From positions 1,248,001 through 1,312,000 of the forward strand of contig CAVRJM010000001.1 of assembly GCA_963722075.1 (NCBI GenBank): DNA of 64,000 nucleotides, given 5' to 3'. The notes below the pieces were generated by a model that was not told the DNA's origin, did no database searches, and worked only from the letters and a program-made list of their open reading frames with translations. The position numbers and the translations under genes are program-made. Below are positions 29,948 through 39,643 of this stretch, in pieces. Origin of the DNA: Candidatus Babeliales bacterium (GTDB lineage Bacteria > Babelota > Babeliae > Babelales > JANWKD01). Every line of letters begins with the position of its first letter. Within the stretch, counting starts at the first letter, position 1.

Positions 29948-30637
29948 TTACAGACGTATATTTCTCATTTTTACAAAACTCTTTGCTTCACACCGCTGCA
30001 TAAAGTTAACCACTGCATCACAATGTTTTTTAAATTGTTGTGGGTTTTCTTCAAATTCATCATTACAATCCAAAACTAAAACAGGAACTTGTTTTACATA
30101 AGAAGCTACCTGCTCTTTTTGTATTAAAAATTGTTCATGACGATAATCAATTTGATGTAAATAATCTAAGGGTAAAGAAGCCTCTGCGGTTCTATTTCTC
30201 TTTTTTATACGTTCATAAGCAACAGCTGGATCAAGTTTTAAATAAATAAAACCGGTCGGTTGAATTGATTGTTTAGTCAAAAAAGTAAACCATTCTTGAT
30301 AAATATGCCATTCAGTTGCTGTTAGGAAACCGCTTTCAAAGCTATTGCGTGCAAAAACATAATGGCCAGAAAAGATGGAGCGTTCAATAAAGAGTGGGTG
30401 TATATGAGTATTTTCTTTTAGATATTCATATACCCGTTGTTTCATGGTAAATGTTTCAAAAGTAAAAGCCCAACGATGCGGGTTTTCATAAAATTGCGCA
30501 AGTAATGATTGGCCGTATTCTTTATGCTGCCAGTTATCTACTGATTCTAGCTTAATAACAATATTATTAATGGCAGTTGCGAGCAGCTTTAGAAAAGTGG
30601 ATTTACCCGCGCCAATTGTCCCTTCAACAATAAACAT
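29948..30637 (-). CDS. Deoxynucleoside kinase (dNK family)
   Basis: VEGTIGAGKST, ERSIFS, RIKKRNRTAE lid. Confidence 0.92.
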   Translation of the reverse strand: MFIVEGTIGAGKSTFLKLLATAINNIVIKLESVDNWQHKEYGQSLLAQFYENPHRWAFTFETFTMKQRVYEYLKENTHIHPLFIERSIFSGHYVFARNSFESGFLTATEWHIYQEWFTFLTKQSIQPTGFIYLKLDPAVAYERIKKRNRTAEASLPLDYLHQIDYRHEQFLIQKEQVASYVKQVPVLVLDCNDEFEENPQQFKKHCDAVVNFMQRCEAKSFVKMRNIRL

Positions 30638-31233
30638 TATTTATCAGTAACATGAATTATGCGTGGTTGCGCTTTAGTGGATTGTGCAGTTGGTTCTTTT
30701 GCTTTATTAAGCGTAATAATAAGCATATCGTCTTTATATTCGACCGTACGTTCTATGAGATCTACCGCAAACGGTAATGTTTGATATTCAACGTGCTTGC
30801 TTGCCATGCTGTTAAACTGTTTGAGTTCTTTAGTATTTGTTTTTTGTTTTTTATTTTGTTTGGTTACCCTTTTAATACTCGTTTTATCAATGATTATTTT
30901 AGTAATGCCGCTTTTTTGGGGGACTATTATTTTGAGACGTCCATTTGAGGTGTACGCTTTTATTAAATCAGCATTTTCAATTTCTGAAACAGCAATGGAG
31001 ATTTCTGCTTTGCTGTCAGCATCTTTTATTTGAATGCCCTTTGTTACCGCAGAAATAGGAGCGTTCATAGATGATGTTGAATGATCAAAAGCACTGTTAA
31101 TCATTTGCAATGCCTCATCAAAAGCAGCGGTTATTTCTTGATGAAAAGAATTTAAAGAATTCTTACGTTTGGTAAAACAGAAGGATGTAGAAGAAATTAA
31201 TAAAAGGAATATGCCTATGTTTAATTTGTTCAT
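30637..31233 (-). CDS. Hsp20/alpha-crystallin-like protein with signal peptide
   Basis: QTLPFAVD...EYKDDMLIITLNK and a C-terminal IxV motif. Confidence 0.55.
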   Translation of the reverse strand: MNKLNIGIFLLLISSTSFCFTKRKNSLNSFHQEITAAFDEALQMINSAFDHSTSSMNAPISAVTKGIQIKDADSKAEISIAVSEIENADLIKAYTSNGRLKIIVPQKSGITKIIIDKTSIKRVTKQNKKQKTNTKELKQFNSMASKHVEYQTLPFAVDLIERTVEYKDDMLIITLNKAKEPTAQSTKAQPRIIHVTDK

Positions 31234-31412
31234 AATGTAACCCCTTTAAAACAGTTAAATACAATGGTCTAATGCTATTTATTATAAAAAACAATAAATG
31301 CTAAATCAATAGGCATAAGGGGGTCCAACAAGCATGTCAAAATTCTTTAATTTTAATGAATCATCATTGAGAAATTAAGATACTATATATGTACAAATAA
31401 TATGGGGGATTA

Positions 31413-31481
31413 TGGATGGCCACGTAAGCTCGCCCTGACATTGTGGCTATCGATTGTCATCCTGAGTTTACATGGGGATCT
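31413..31481. repeat. Degenerate back-to-back REP pair
   Basis: TGGATGGCCACGTAAGCTCGCCCTGACA ... TGTCATCCTGAGTTTACATGGGGATC. Confidence 0.7.
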
Positions 31482-31598
31482 ATTAATAAAATTATTCATA
31501 ATTCGAAAGATTTCTTAACATATGCGTTTATAGTTTTCTATAAGAAATGGTATAATAAAAAGAGCTTAAAAATAATAATAAATAAATAGATACCAAAA

Positions 31599-32324
31599 AT
31601 GAAAAAAACCATTACTCAAAATACTGAACTTATTTACGGAATCCATCCTATTCTTGAATTGCTTAAAGCAAAGCGCCGTAAATTGGTTACTTTATATACC
31701 ACAAAACCAATTCCTAAAAATCTTCAAGTAATCGAATCATTGCTTCCTAAAGCAGTTCAGATTCAATATGTTGGTCGCGATGTTTTAACAAAACTGGCAG
31801 GAACCCCTGATCATCAGGGAGTGGTTGCCTATGCAACGCCATTGGTGATCCGTAAAAAATTCTTTGACCCGGCGTTGCAGAAGAAATTATTGCTATTGGA
31901 TGGTATTCAAGATGTTAGAAATGCAGGAGCAATTTTACGCTCTGCATATTGCACAGGCATAGAAGGGGTTATTTTAGTAAAAAAAAATGCAGCGCCATTG
32001 AACGCTGCGGCGATTAAGGCATCAGCAGGATTGGCCGAGCACTTAGAAATATACATGGCATCTTCCAGTCAAGCAGCAATAATTGACCTTAAAAAAGCGG
32101 GATATCATTTATATATGGCAGTAGTTCAAGGAGGCGCCGACGCAACGCATGTAGAATATAAAGAGCCATTGTGCTTGATTATTGGCAGTGAAGCAACAGG
32201 GATAAGCCCTGAATTACGCAAATCTGGCCAGCTTATTACGTTGCCGCAACGCAGCGCCGATATTTCTTATAATGCTTCAGTGGCAGCTGGTATTTTATTA
32301 TTTTTAATTACTCAACAGAAGTGA
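31599..32324 (+). CDS. rlmB: 23S rRNA (Gm2251) methyltransferase, TrmH/SpoU family
   Basis: IYGIHP, HQGVVA, DVRNAGAILRSA, KASAG, IGSEATG, SYNASVAAGI. Confidence 0.85.
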   Translation: MKKTITQNTELIYGIHPILELLKAKRRKLVTLYTTKPIPKNLQVIESLLPKAVQIQYVGRDVLTKLAGTPDHQGVVAYATPLVIRKKFFDPALQKKLLLLDGIQDVRNAGAILRSAYCTGIEGVILVKKNAAPLNAAAIKASAGLAEHLEIYMASSSQAAIIDLKKAGYHLYMAVVQGGADATHVEYKEPLCLIIGSEATGISPELRKSGQLITLPQRSADISYNASVAAGILLFLITQQK

Positions 32325-32382
32325 TTGTTTATTTTGTAGTGATTATTATTCGAGGTCTAAAAATATGTGCATCTGGAAAAAC

Positions 32383-32572
32383 CGTCGTTGCGAGCTCGTC
32401 GAAGCAATCCAGAAAAAATTAATTTATTTGTATTTATGCAAGCGGAAATAAACTCAAAAAATTCAATATAAAGCATTAAATGCACTTTACAACAATAAAA
32501 ATAATTAATCAATTTATGCCATAATGATTATTAAAAATTGAATCTGGATTGCTTCGTAAACTCGCAACGACG
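32383..32572. repeat. Inverted REP doublet (REPIN-like)
   Basis: CGTCGTTGCGAGCTCGTCGAAGCAATCCAG (32383-32412) faces CTGGATTGCTTCGTAAACTCGCAACGACG (32544-32572). Confidence 0.85.
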
Positions 32573-32653
32573 TTATACTTGCAAAATTTATATTGATGTC
32601 TGAACTCACTTTGCTGATTATTGAAAATGAAATGTTAATTAGTAGGTAAACTA

Positions 32654-33070
32654 CTAATCATGATCGCAACATTTTCCTGATTTTTCTTGGGCAGCTTTAT
32701 GTACTGCTTCTTTAACTTTTTCAGGTGTTGGTTGATATAAATCGATAATATTGTTACCTGGATCTTTAAAGCTTACAATGATGCCATGAATTGCTTCAAC
32801 TGGCTCGTTTATAAAAGATACCTCATCTTTTTTTTCTTCATAAAAAGCCCTGAGATCGGCAATTTCTAATACAATTCCTGTTCTACGTTCTGGTAGTTCT
32901 TGATTGGCGTATGCCAAACCAAGCTTTACACCTTCAATATCGAATTCTGCCCATTTATTGGAAATGTGGAATTTTAAATGCAATCCCAAATCTTTATAAA
33001 ATCCGACTGCGTGTGCAAGGTCGTGTTGCATAAGAATTATCATATTTAATTTTATAGTTTGATTGGGCAT
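32654..33070 (-). CDS. VOC/glyoxalase family protein
   Basis: DLAHAVGFY..LGL and FKDPGNNIIDL. Confidence 0.8.
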   Translation of the reverse strand: MPNQTIKLNMIILMQHDLAHAVGFYKDLGLHLKFHISNKWAEFDIEGVKLGLAYANQELPERRTGIVLEIADLRAFYEEKKDEVSFINEPVEAIHGIIVSFKDPGNNIIDLYQPTPEKVKEAVHKAAQEKSGKCCDHD

Positions 33071-33085
33071 TTTATCCTTAAAATT

Positions 33086-33664
33086 TTATTGTATTCTATT
33101 TACCACTTGACCAGTTTGATTATAAATGAGCTCTTCATTTGTTGAATCCCATACATAGTGACCGGGAAAACCGGTAAGATTATAGGTATATTCATTTCTT
33201 GAGATATCTGAGTTAATTACTACTAGGCAGCGCACGCTGTCGCAACATGAAGATATGCATGCATTTTTGGAATGGAAGGTAAATCCTTTGCCGTTTTGGC
33301 TCGTTTGTTGGAGGCCGTAGCCGGGAAACTTCATTTTTGGATATCCATTTCGGACTATATCCGAGAATATATTTGGTTTTTGCTTGGATTGTTTTGGATT
33401 TAACTTAGGTTTGGTAAAGAAATATAAATAACCAATTATGCCAAGTCCAGTGGTAAAACCAAACAAAGTGGTAAGATTACTTTTTGAGCTATAATCCTCA
33501 TAATATATTTGTCTTATAAGGTTACAGGTGCTTGCTATGGTTGTAAGAGCTCCTAGTGTATAAAATGCATCTTTTCCATCCTTGGTAAGATTCATTGCAG
33601 AAAGGTTGAGATTGGAAGAAATGGCTATGCAAAGTAAAAAAAATTTTATTATTTTCATAAACAT
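33086..33664 (-). CDS. Hypothetical secreted protein with two TM segments
   Basis: Signal LSA|MNL and two hydrophobic segments. Confidence 0.55.
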   Translation of the reverse strand: MFMKIIKFFLLCIAISSNLNLSAMNLTKDGKDAFYTLGALTTIASTCNLIRQIYYEDYSSKSNLTTLFGFTTGLGIIGYLYFFTKPKLNPKQSKQKPNIFSDIVRNGYPKMKFPGYGLQQTSQNGKGFTFHSKNACISSCCDSVRCLVVINSDISRNEYTYNLTGFPGHYVWDSTNEELIYNQTGQVVNRIQ

Positions 33665-33767
33665 GTTTCTTATTAGAGTTGTTAAATATTATACAGTTCA
33701 GTTGCATTATTGTTATATTTTATCATAGATTGTAATTAATGTAATAAAAAATAAACTTATTGTATAA

Positions 33768-33802
33768 CTGGGTTCCTACGGCCTAAAGGCCTCAGAATGA
33801 CA
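33768..33802 (-). repeat. REP-like hairpin
   Basis: Reverse complement TGTCATTCTGAGGCCTTTAGGCCGTAGGAACCCAG, near-identical to the 38662 arm. Confidence 0.8.
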
Positions 33803-33812
33803 TTTTTTAATA

Positions 33813-34463
33813 ATGAATATAAAAATTTATCCCTCACTCATTTCTTCCAATTTACTTGACTTAGAAAAAACTATTACGGAACTTAGCCCGTACTGCGATG
33901 GTTTTCATCTAGATGTTATGGACAATCATTTTGTTCCTAATTTAACCATGGGGCCAGATTTTGTTAATCAGATAGCTGAACACACCGATAAGCAGTTGGC
34001 AGTACATTTGATGGTGGAGCAACCGCTTACTATTATCGAGCGCTTAAAAATGAATAGGAATGCCATTATAGCTGTTCATGTTGAAACTGATTTTTCAAAA
34101 ACGGTAATAGAAAAAATAAAAGCGCGCGGCTGGTTAGTAAGCATAGCTATTAATCCAAGTACGCCCTTAGAGCGTATATACCAATGGGCAGCTCAGGTTG
34201 ATCAAATCCTTTTAATGTCAGTACAGCCAGGGTTTTCAGGTCAGCAATTTATCCCTGAATCGGTAGGACGGCTTCAAAAACTAGTAAATTATAAAAAGGA
34301 GCATTCATTGCGCTTTGAAATTGCAATGGATGGGGGTATTAATAGCCATAATATTGCACAATTAGTTTCTATAGGTTGTACTTCTTTTTGTGTGGCATCT
34401 GCAATTTTTAATGCAGCCAATCCTGCGCTAGCACTTAAAAAATTATCTGAAGCCGTTTTTTAA
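33813..34463 (+). CDS. rpe: Ribulose-phosphate 3-epimerase
   Basis: HLDVMDNHFVPNLT, VHLMV, MSVQPGFSGQ, DGGI. Confidence 0.95.
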   Translation: MNIKIYPSLISSNLLDLEKTITELSPYCDGFHLDVMDNHFVPNLTMGPDFVNQIAEHTDKQLAVHLMVEQPLTIIERLKMNRNAIIAVHVETDFSKTVIEKIKARGWLVSIAINPSTPLERIYQWAAQVDQILLMSVQPGFSGQQFIPESVGRLQKLVNYKKEHSLRFEIAMDGGINSHNIAQLVSIGCTSFCVASAIFNAANPALALKKLSEAVF

Positions 34464-35846
34464 CTCATCATGCTTTTTCGCGCCATGATGTAATAAAATT
34501 TCGGTAACTTTTGGTGAGGTGGCATATTCTAGAGGAGTAAAGCCATCTAAATCCTCTGTATTTACGTATAAATACACTGCTCGTGAATCTTTGCCAAACA
34601 CCGATTCGATTGTTTTGATTAACCGTTCTATAATATTAAAAAATTCATCTTGATCTGAACTAAAATTGACTGCTGCTAATAAAGGGGTAAAGCCTTTTCC
34701 ATAAATACTAATATTCATGAGCATATATAAATAGAATTTATTAGGCGCGTAATCCATTATCTTTTTAATAAGTAGTTTAGAAATATCAAAATTTCGTCGT
34801 AAAATTGTTATACATAATGCGCCACGGCCATCTTGGGCAACATTTCTGAGTATGGTGTATATGGATTCTTCATCATTTTGAAAGAATCGTTCCATAACGT
34901 GTAAGAGAAATGCGGTATACTCATAGCTTAGTGCTGAAGCATGCATGAGTGGATCCCATCCATTGTGGCTGCGAACCGTTAACATCTCTAAAAATAGATG
35001 GGGATTATCTTTATATTGTTCTTGAGTGGTAGCAATTATTTTTTGAACAGCACTAAAGCGATCCTCGCGGATCGATTCAATCAATTCTAATCCTATCTGC
35101 CGCGCTTGTTCTACGTCTGGCGGTGTTTGATGAATAATGATGCCGCCATGCTCAACCAGTTCTTTTTTATGGCGGACGTTAAAATATGCTTCTGAAAGGG
35201 GCGTTTCGCCATAGGCATTTTCAGCATTAATAAAACTTTCAAATTCATTTGAATCTTTGCCCAATATTCTTTCAGCAATCGCGATCACCGTTGTTAAATT
35301 AACTAATGCACCTTGATAAGCAAGCCAATGTAATGGTGTCCATTTATCATTGTAAGCATTTGGGGTTAAAAAGCGGAAAAAAAGCTGCTTTTGATCGCCT
35401 ATTAAATCAATAATGTGATACATCATGAGTTCAATAATTTTTCGAGGAGCGTTTTGCACTATAAGATAAAATGCCGTATGCCCTTGTAGATTTTGTGCAT
35501 TTATAAAGTTAAAAACAGCCAACAGATCTTGCGTGCTGGTATTATAATATTGTTTAAGCCTTTCTAGGATAAAAACAATTTGGGTTATATCATTGAGTGC
35601 GGCAGCTCTAACCAGTACGGTACTTCCATAGCCATCGCGAGTGTTTATAAATGTATCAAAAGCAGCTTTATTATTTCTATAGGATTGCATTGCTTGCGTT
35701 AATATTGAGTTAAATTGCGTTTGATCTTTTAAGCGTTGTGCTCTGAGTAAACTGCGTCCCCGTTGTTCTGGTTCCGCAAAAGGGCGTAGTGTGTGTGTGA
35801 GTGCCAGAAATAATAGTACTAAAAATAGCGCATTGTTTTTAACCAT
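34443..35846 (-). CDS. Secreted ankyrin-repeat protein
   Basis: GSTVLVRAA, WTPLHWLA, GETPL, GFTPLLAA, GFTPLEYA...LLHHGA. Confidence 0.85.
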   Translation of the reverse strand: MVKNNALFLVLLFLALTHTLRPFAEPEQRGRSLLRAQRLKDQTQFNSILTQAMQSYRNNKAAFDTFINTRDGYGSTVLVRAAALNDITQIVFILERLKQYYNTSTQDLLAVFNFINAQNLQGHTAFYLIVQNAPRKIIELMMYHIIDLIGDQKQLFFRFLTPNAYNDKWTPLHWLAYQGALVNLTTVIAIAERILGKDSNEFESFINAENAYGETPLSEAYFNVRHKKELVEHGGIIIHQTPPDVEQARQIGLELIESIREDRFSAVQKIIATTQEQYKDNPHLFLEMLTVRSHNGWDPLMHASALSYEYTAFLLHVMERFFQNDEESIYTILRNVAQDGRGALCITILRRNFDISKLLIKKIMDYAPNKFYLYMLMNISIYGKGFTPLLAAVNFSSDQDEFFNIIERLIKTIESVFGKDSRAVYLYVNTEDLDGFTPLEYATSPKVTEILLHHGAKKHDELKNGFR

Positions 35847-35917
35847 TATAGGACCTATTCAATGATTTTATTATCAAAAGAATGGTAACAATAATGAAAA
35901 ATTGTTTGCAACACTTA

Positions 35918-36508
35918 CTATATATTTTTAATACAAATCATATAAAGCGATCCCAATGGGATCGTATGCATATATGGTTCTAAGATTAGATGATTGGGAT
36001 ATAGATAATTGATGGTAACGTTATGCAACGGTGCTGCTTTTTTGAAAAATGATGGCCATAAGGGGTCGCATGTATATGCAGATTTGTTGAATAATTTTCT
36101 AATAGTATATATAAATGGGTTGAGTTCAAAAATAACTAACGTTCCTGACGGCTTGAGCGCCGCTAATAAAAAGGGAATAAGGGCCTTTCGCTCTTGAGGG
36201 TTGATATGATGCAGTACATTTACCATATAAATAAGGTCTGCATGAACTTTTGTATCACGAAGCTGTTCAGGGCTCAAAAAGGTAATATGAGGGTACTGTA
36301 TCCTATTATAAGAAAGGGCAGCGACATCAGTATCTATACCTAATAATTGGGCGTTGAAGAAGGCATTGCCCACCAATGCGGTTAATTGGGCGTCGCCACA
36401 GCCAAAATCAATAATGGTTAGTGGATCAGCGATATGATGAAATAGCGAACGCATTATACGGTCGCAAATATAGGCGTGTAAGGCTAAAGATTCCGATGAG
36501 TGGGTCAT
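35918..36508 (-). CDS. Class I SAM-dependent methyltransferase
   Basis: IIDFGCGDA, VLHHI, LKPSG. Confidence 0.85.
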   Translation of the reverse strand: MTHSSESLALHAYICDRIMRSLFHHIADPLTIIDFGCGDAQLTALVGNAFFNAQLLGIDTDVAALSYNRIQYPHITFLSPEQLRDTKVHADLIYMVNVLHHINPQERKALIPFLLAALKPSGTLVIFELNPFIYTIRKLFNKSAYTCDPLWPSFFKKAAPLHNVTINYLYPNHLILEPYMHTIPLGSLYMICIKNI

Positions 36509-36621
36509 TTTCTACTGTTTCATTAAAAAGCTTGATTCCTATTTATGAGCTTATCATAGTTAATAAACGAATAGAATTTTGGTGGTTTTAACGAAAGATT
36601 CCTCCCATAAGGCTGGGCCTT

Positions 36622-36650
36622 TAGACAAGGGGTAAAATATATATTATAAT
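36622..36650 (+). promoter_or_regulatory. Sigma70-type promoter of the RRM gene
   Basis: TAGACA-17 nt-TATAAT. Confidence 0.7.
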
Positions 36651-36754
36651 TATCCATATACTATGAAATTGTTTTAACGAAAGGCTGGGCTCTCTAGAAT
36701 ATATAAGTTTGTTGTTTATGACGTTTTTTAATTTTTTATGAGTACAAAGATAGA

Positions 36755-37108
36755 ATGAATATTTATGTTGGTAACCTCGCTCGTACGGTTACAGAAGATC
36801 AGTTGAGAGATTTATTTGCCCAAAAAGGGACAGTCACTTCAGTAAAAATTATAGTTGATAAATTTACTGGTGAAAAACGTGGATTTGGCTTTGTTGATAT
36901 GCCAAATCAATCAGAAGCTCAGCAAGCAATAGCGGAACTTGATGGTTATGAATTAGAGCGTCAAAGCCTAAAGGTTAACGAAGCTCGTGAACGCGAAGCT
37001 CGTGGCCCTCGTTCTGGCTCAGATCGTTTTGGCGGTGGTAGAGGCGGCGGAAGCAGCAGCGGTGGAAATAACCGTTCTTGGGGCTCCCCACGACCAAAAA
37101 GATTTTAA
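36755..37108 (+). CDS. RRM RNA-binding protein with Gly-rich tail
   Basis: RNP2 IYVGNL, RNP1 RGFGFVDM, LKVNEAR, G/R-rich tail. Confidence 0.95.
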   Translation: MNIYVGNLARTVTEDQLRDLFAQKGTVTSVKIIVDKFTGEKRGFGFVDMPNQSEAQQAIAELDGYELERQSLKVNEAREREARGPRSGSDRFGGGRGGGSSSGGNNRSWGSPRPKRF

Positions 37109-37127
37109 TTAATTAGAATCTTACTAG

Positions 37128-37158
37128 AAGGGGCGAACATTTGTTCGCCCCTTTTTTT
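37128..37158 (+). terminator. Rho-independent terminator
   Basis: AAGGGGCGAACA-TT-TGTTCGCCCC followed by a T7 tract. Confidence 0.85.
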
Positions 37159-37204
37159 ATGCAAATGCATTTAAAATATCGATTCAAAAGACTTAAATAG
37201 GATG

Positions 37205-37280
37205 CTGGATTGCTTCGTAAACTCGCAACGACGTCTTTTTTCGAACGTCGTCGTCCCGAGCGTAGCGTGGGGATCCAGGC
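37205..37280. repeat. Back-to-back two-family REP unit (BIME-like)
   Basis: CTGGATTGCTTCGTAAACTCGCAACGACG-linker-CGTCGTCCCGAGCGTAGCGTGGGGATCCAGGC; same layout at 41024 and 62848. Confidence 0.85.
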
Positions 37281-37351
37281 TGAAGTTAATATCTTTAAAA
37301 TATTTGGCATAAATACTTATTGTTTAGAGTCTCGGCTCTCCATTTATGCCT

Positions 37352-38593
37352 TTAACGAGTATAAAAGAGAGGAAATTGTTTACAGAGCTTTTCAACTTCT
37401 TGTTGTATTTTTGTTAGTCGAGTATCATCCTGAGCATTTTGTAATGCATTATCAATAAACTCAACAATGGTGCCCATTAATTCCGCTTTCATGCCTCGGG
37501 TAGTAATAGCAGGTGTTCCCAGGCGAATACCGCTGGTAATCCATGGCTTAGCTGGATCAAAGGGGATACAGCTTCTACTTACGGTTATTCCAGCTTTTTC
37601 AAGTGCTATTTCTGCTTCTCTTCCCGTAATATTTTTATTACGGAGATCAATAACAAAAAGATGGTTGTCGGTGCCACCAGCTACAATCCTATATCCTTTT
37701 TCTTGCAGTATGCAGGCCATACGGCGCGCATTGGCTATCACCTGTTGCTGGTATGCTTTGAATTCAGTTTGTAATGCCAAATGAAAGGCAACTGCTTTAG
37801 CGGCAATCACATTCATAAAAGGCCCACCTTGAATGCCCGGCATAATTGATCGATCAATAAGTTCAGCGTATTCTTTTTTACACATAATTAAGCCGCCTCG
37901 TGGGCCGCGTAATGTTTTATGGGTGGTGCTGGTAATGAAATCGGCATAATTGACTGGAGAGGGATGCAATCCTGCGGCAATAAGGCCGGCAATATGCGCA
38001 ATATCGGCCATAAAGAGAGCCCCTACTTCCTGAGCAATTGCTGCAAAACGTTTAAAATCAATTGTTTTAGAATAAGCTGATGCCCCTGCAATAATGAGTT
38101 TCGGTTTATGTGTATAAGCCAATTGCGCAATGTGATCATAATCAAGCTCTTCTGTTTGGCGGTTAACGGTATAAGAAACGGCCTTATAAATAGTTCCTGA
38201 AAAATTTACGGCGTGACCATGCGTTAAATGACCTCCCTCTGCTAAGCTCATTCCTAAGATCGTGTCTCCTGGTTGCAGCATCGAGAAATAAACGGCCAAA
38301 TTTGCTGGGGATCCAGCATGCGGTTGCACATTAACATGCTCTGCATTAAATAGTTTTTTACAGCGCTCCTGCGCCATAATTTCAGCTTCATCAACAAATT
38401 GGCAGCCGCTATAATAACGCTTGCCGGGATACCCTTCGGCATATTTATTAGTTAATACCGAACTAAGTGCTTCCAAAACTGCCGGAGAAGTGTAATTTTC
38501 AGATGCTATTAAATTAATAGTAGTTTCTTGGCGTACTTTTTCTTGTTCAATAGTGGTTGCAATATGAGGATCAATGAGCGGTAATTGTTTCAT
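37352..38593 (-). CDS. glyA: Serine hydroxymethyltransferase
   Basis: LIASENY, NKYAEGYPGKRYY, GGHLTHG, TTHKTLRGPRGG. Confidence 0.98.
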   Translation of the reverse strand: MKQLPLIDPHIATTIEQEKVRQETTINLIASENYTSPAVLEALSSVLTNKYAEGYPGKRYYSGCQFVDEAEIMAQERCKKLFNAEHVNVQPHAGSPANLAVYFSMLQPGDTILGMSLAEGGHLTHGHAVNFSGTIYKAVSYTVNRQTEELDYDHIAQLAYTHKPKLIIAGASAYSKTIDFKRFAAIAQEVGALFMADIAHIAGLIAAGLHPSPVNYADFITSTTHKTLRGPRGGLIMCKKEYAELIDRSIMPGIQGGPFMNVIAAKAVAFHLALQTEFKAYQQQVIANARRMACILQEKGYRIVAGGTDNHLFVIDLRNKNITGREAEIALEKAGITVSRSCIPFDPAKPWITSGIRLGTPAITTRGMKAELMGTIVEFIDNALQNAQDDTRLTKIQQEVEKLCKQFPLFYTR

Positions 38594-38661
38594 AAAATTC
38601 CTTATAATTATTTAATTAACACATGAATTCGATCTAAGAGATCTATATTAAATGCTCTAAG

Positions 38662-38755
38662 CGTCATTCTGAGGCCTTTAGGCCGTGAGAATCCAGTAAT
38701 AAAATAAAGACTTTATTATTTATTCATTGGATCCTTACGCAAGCTCAGGATGACA
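38662..38755. repeat. Inverted REP doublet with ~30-bp spacer
   Basis: CGTCATTCTGAGG...AGAATCCAG, spacer, TGGATCCTTACGCAAGCTCAGGATGACA. Confidence 0.85.
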
Positions 38756-38905
38756 ATTTTGTCTGAGAAATGTAAGGCGATAATAAAATCGAATCACGTT
38801 TACAGTAATTATTAAGAGCGTGCTGATTTTGAAAAATAATTATATTTAAGTTATTCTATCAAGTAAGTAAAAGCTAAAAAATTAAAAAATGTAAGGATAT
38901 ACGCT

Positions 38906-39643
38906 ATGAAACATATGTCATTATTCCTAGCGTTATGTACCTTTACCGGTATGTATGCTGCTCAATCAATTTTTTATGGATCGATACAATTTCCTATCCA
39001 AATTAAAAATCCACCACCATTAACGCTCTTATTTAAAGGGAGCGAATATACTCTCATGGTTGATAAAGATGGTAACGTTTCTAAAAAAGGCACGTATGAA
39101 ATTTATGAAGAAAGTGATTGCCAGCAATTGTATATATTAATAACAGAAAATCTTAAATTGCCGACAACGCCTGATATAGCGTATTTAGAAACAGCTATTG
39201 GCCATTCCTATAAATTATATAAATTAACACGGTGTTATAAAAAAAGAGAAATACCGCTTTCCCAAGAAGAATCTTCTAAGCCAGCAGTTATGGTTGAAGC
39301 GGTACAGTATTGGGAAATTGAAGAGATAAAATCTGATGAATCGTCTATAAAAATACCCGATAATACTATTATCCTTTTAATGAACCCTGTCTTTATAACT
39401 GAAATTACTTCCGAACCATGGCGTTCTGATGATGCTGTTATAAAGCTGCCTACTATTATCTTTGATGATACTATTAATGAAAAAGCGCTGCAGGAAGTAA
39501 GTACTAAAATGTTGTTTGCTACGATTGATTTACGTTGTTTACATAAAAAGATAACTAAAACAACTAAAGCATATGCACAGAATCGTATTCTATCAGTTCC
39601 TGATCCATTGAATTGCTATACGCCTACTAATATACAATTATGA
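38906..39643 (+). CDS. Hypothetical secreted protein coupled to tsaD
   Basis: Signal peptide; ATGA overlap with tsaD. Confidence 0.65.
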   Translation: MKHMSLFLALCTFTGMYAAQSIFYGSIQFPIQIKNPPPLTLLFKGSEYTLMVDKDGNVSKKGTYEIYEESDCQQLYILITENLKLPTTPDIAYLETAIGHSYKLYKLTRCYKKREIPLSQEESSKPAVMVEAVQYWEIEEIKSDESSIKIPDNTIILLMNPVFITEITSEPWRSDDAVIKLPTIIFDDTINEKALQEVSTKMLFATIDLRCLHKKITKTTKAYAQNRILSVPDPLNCYTPTNIQL

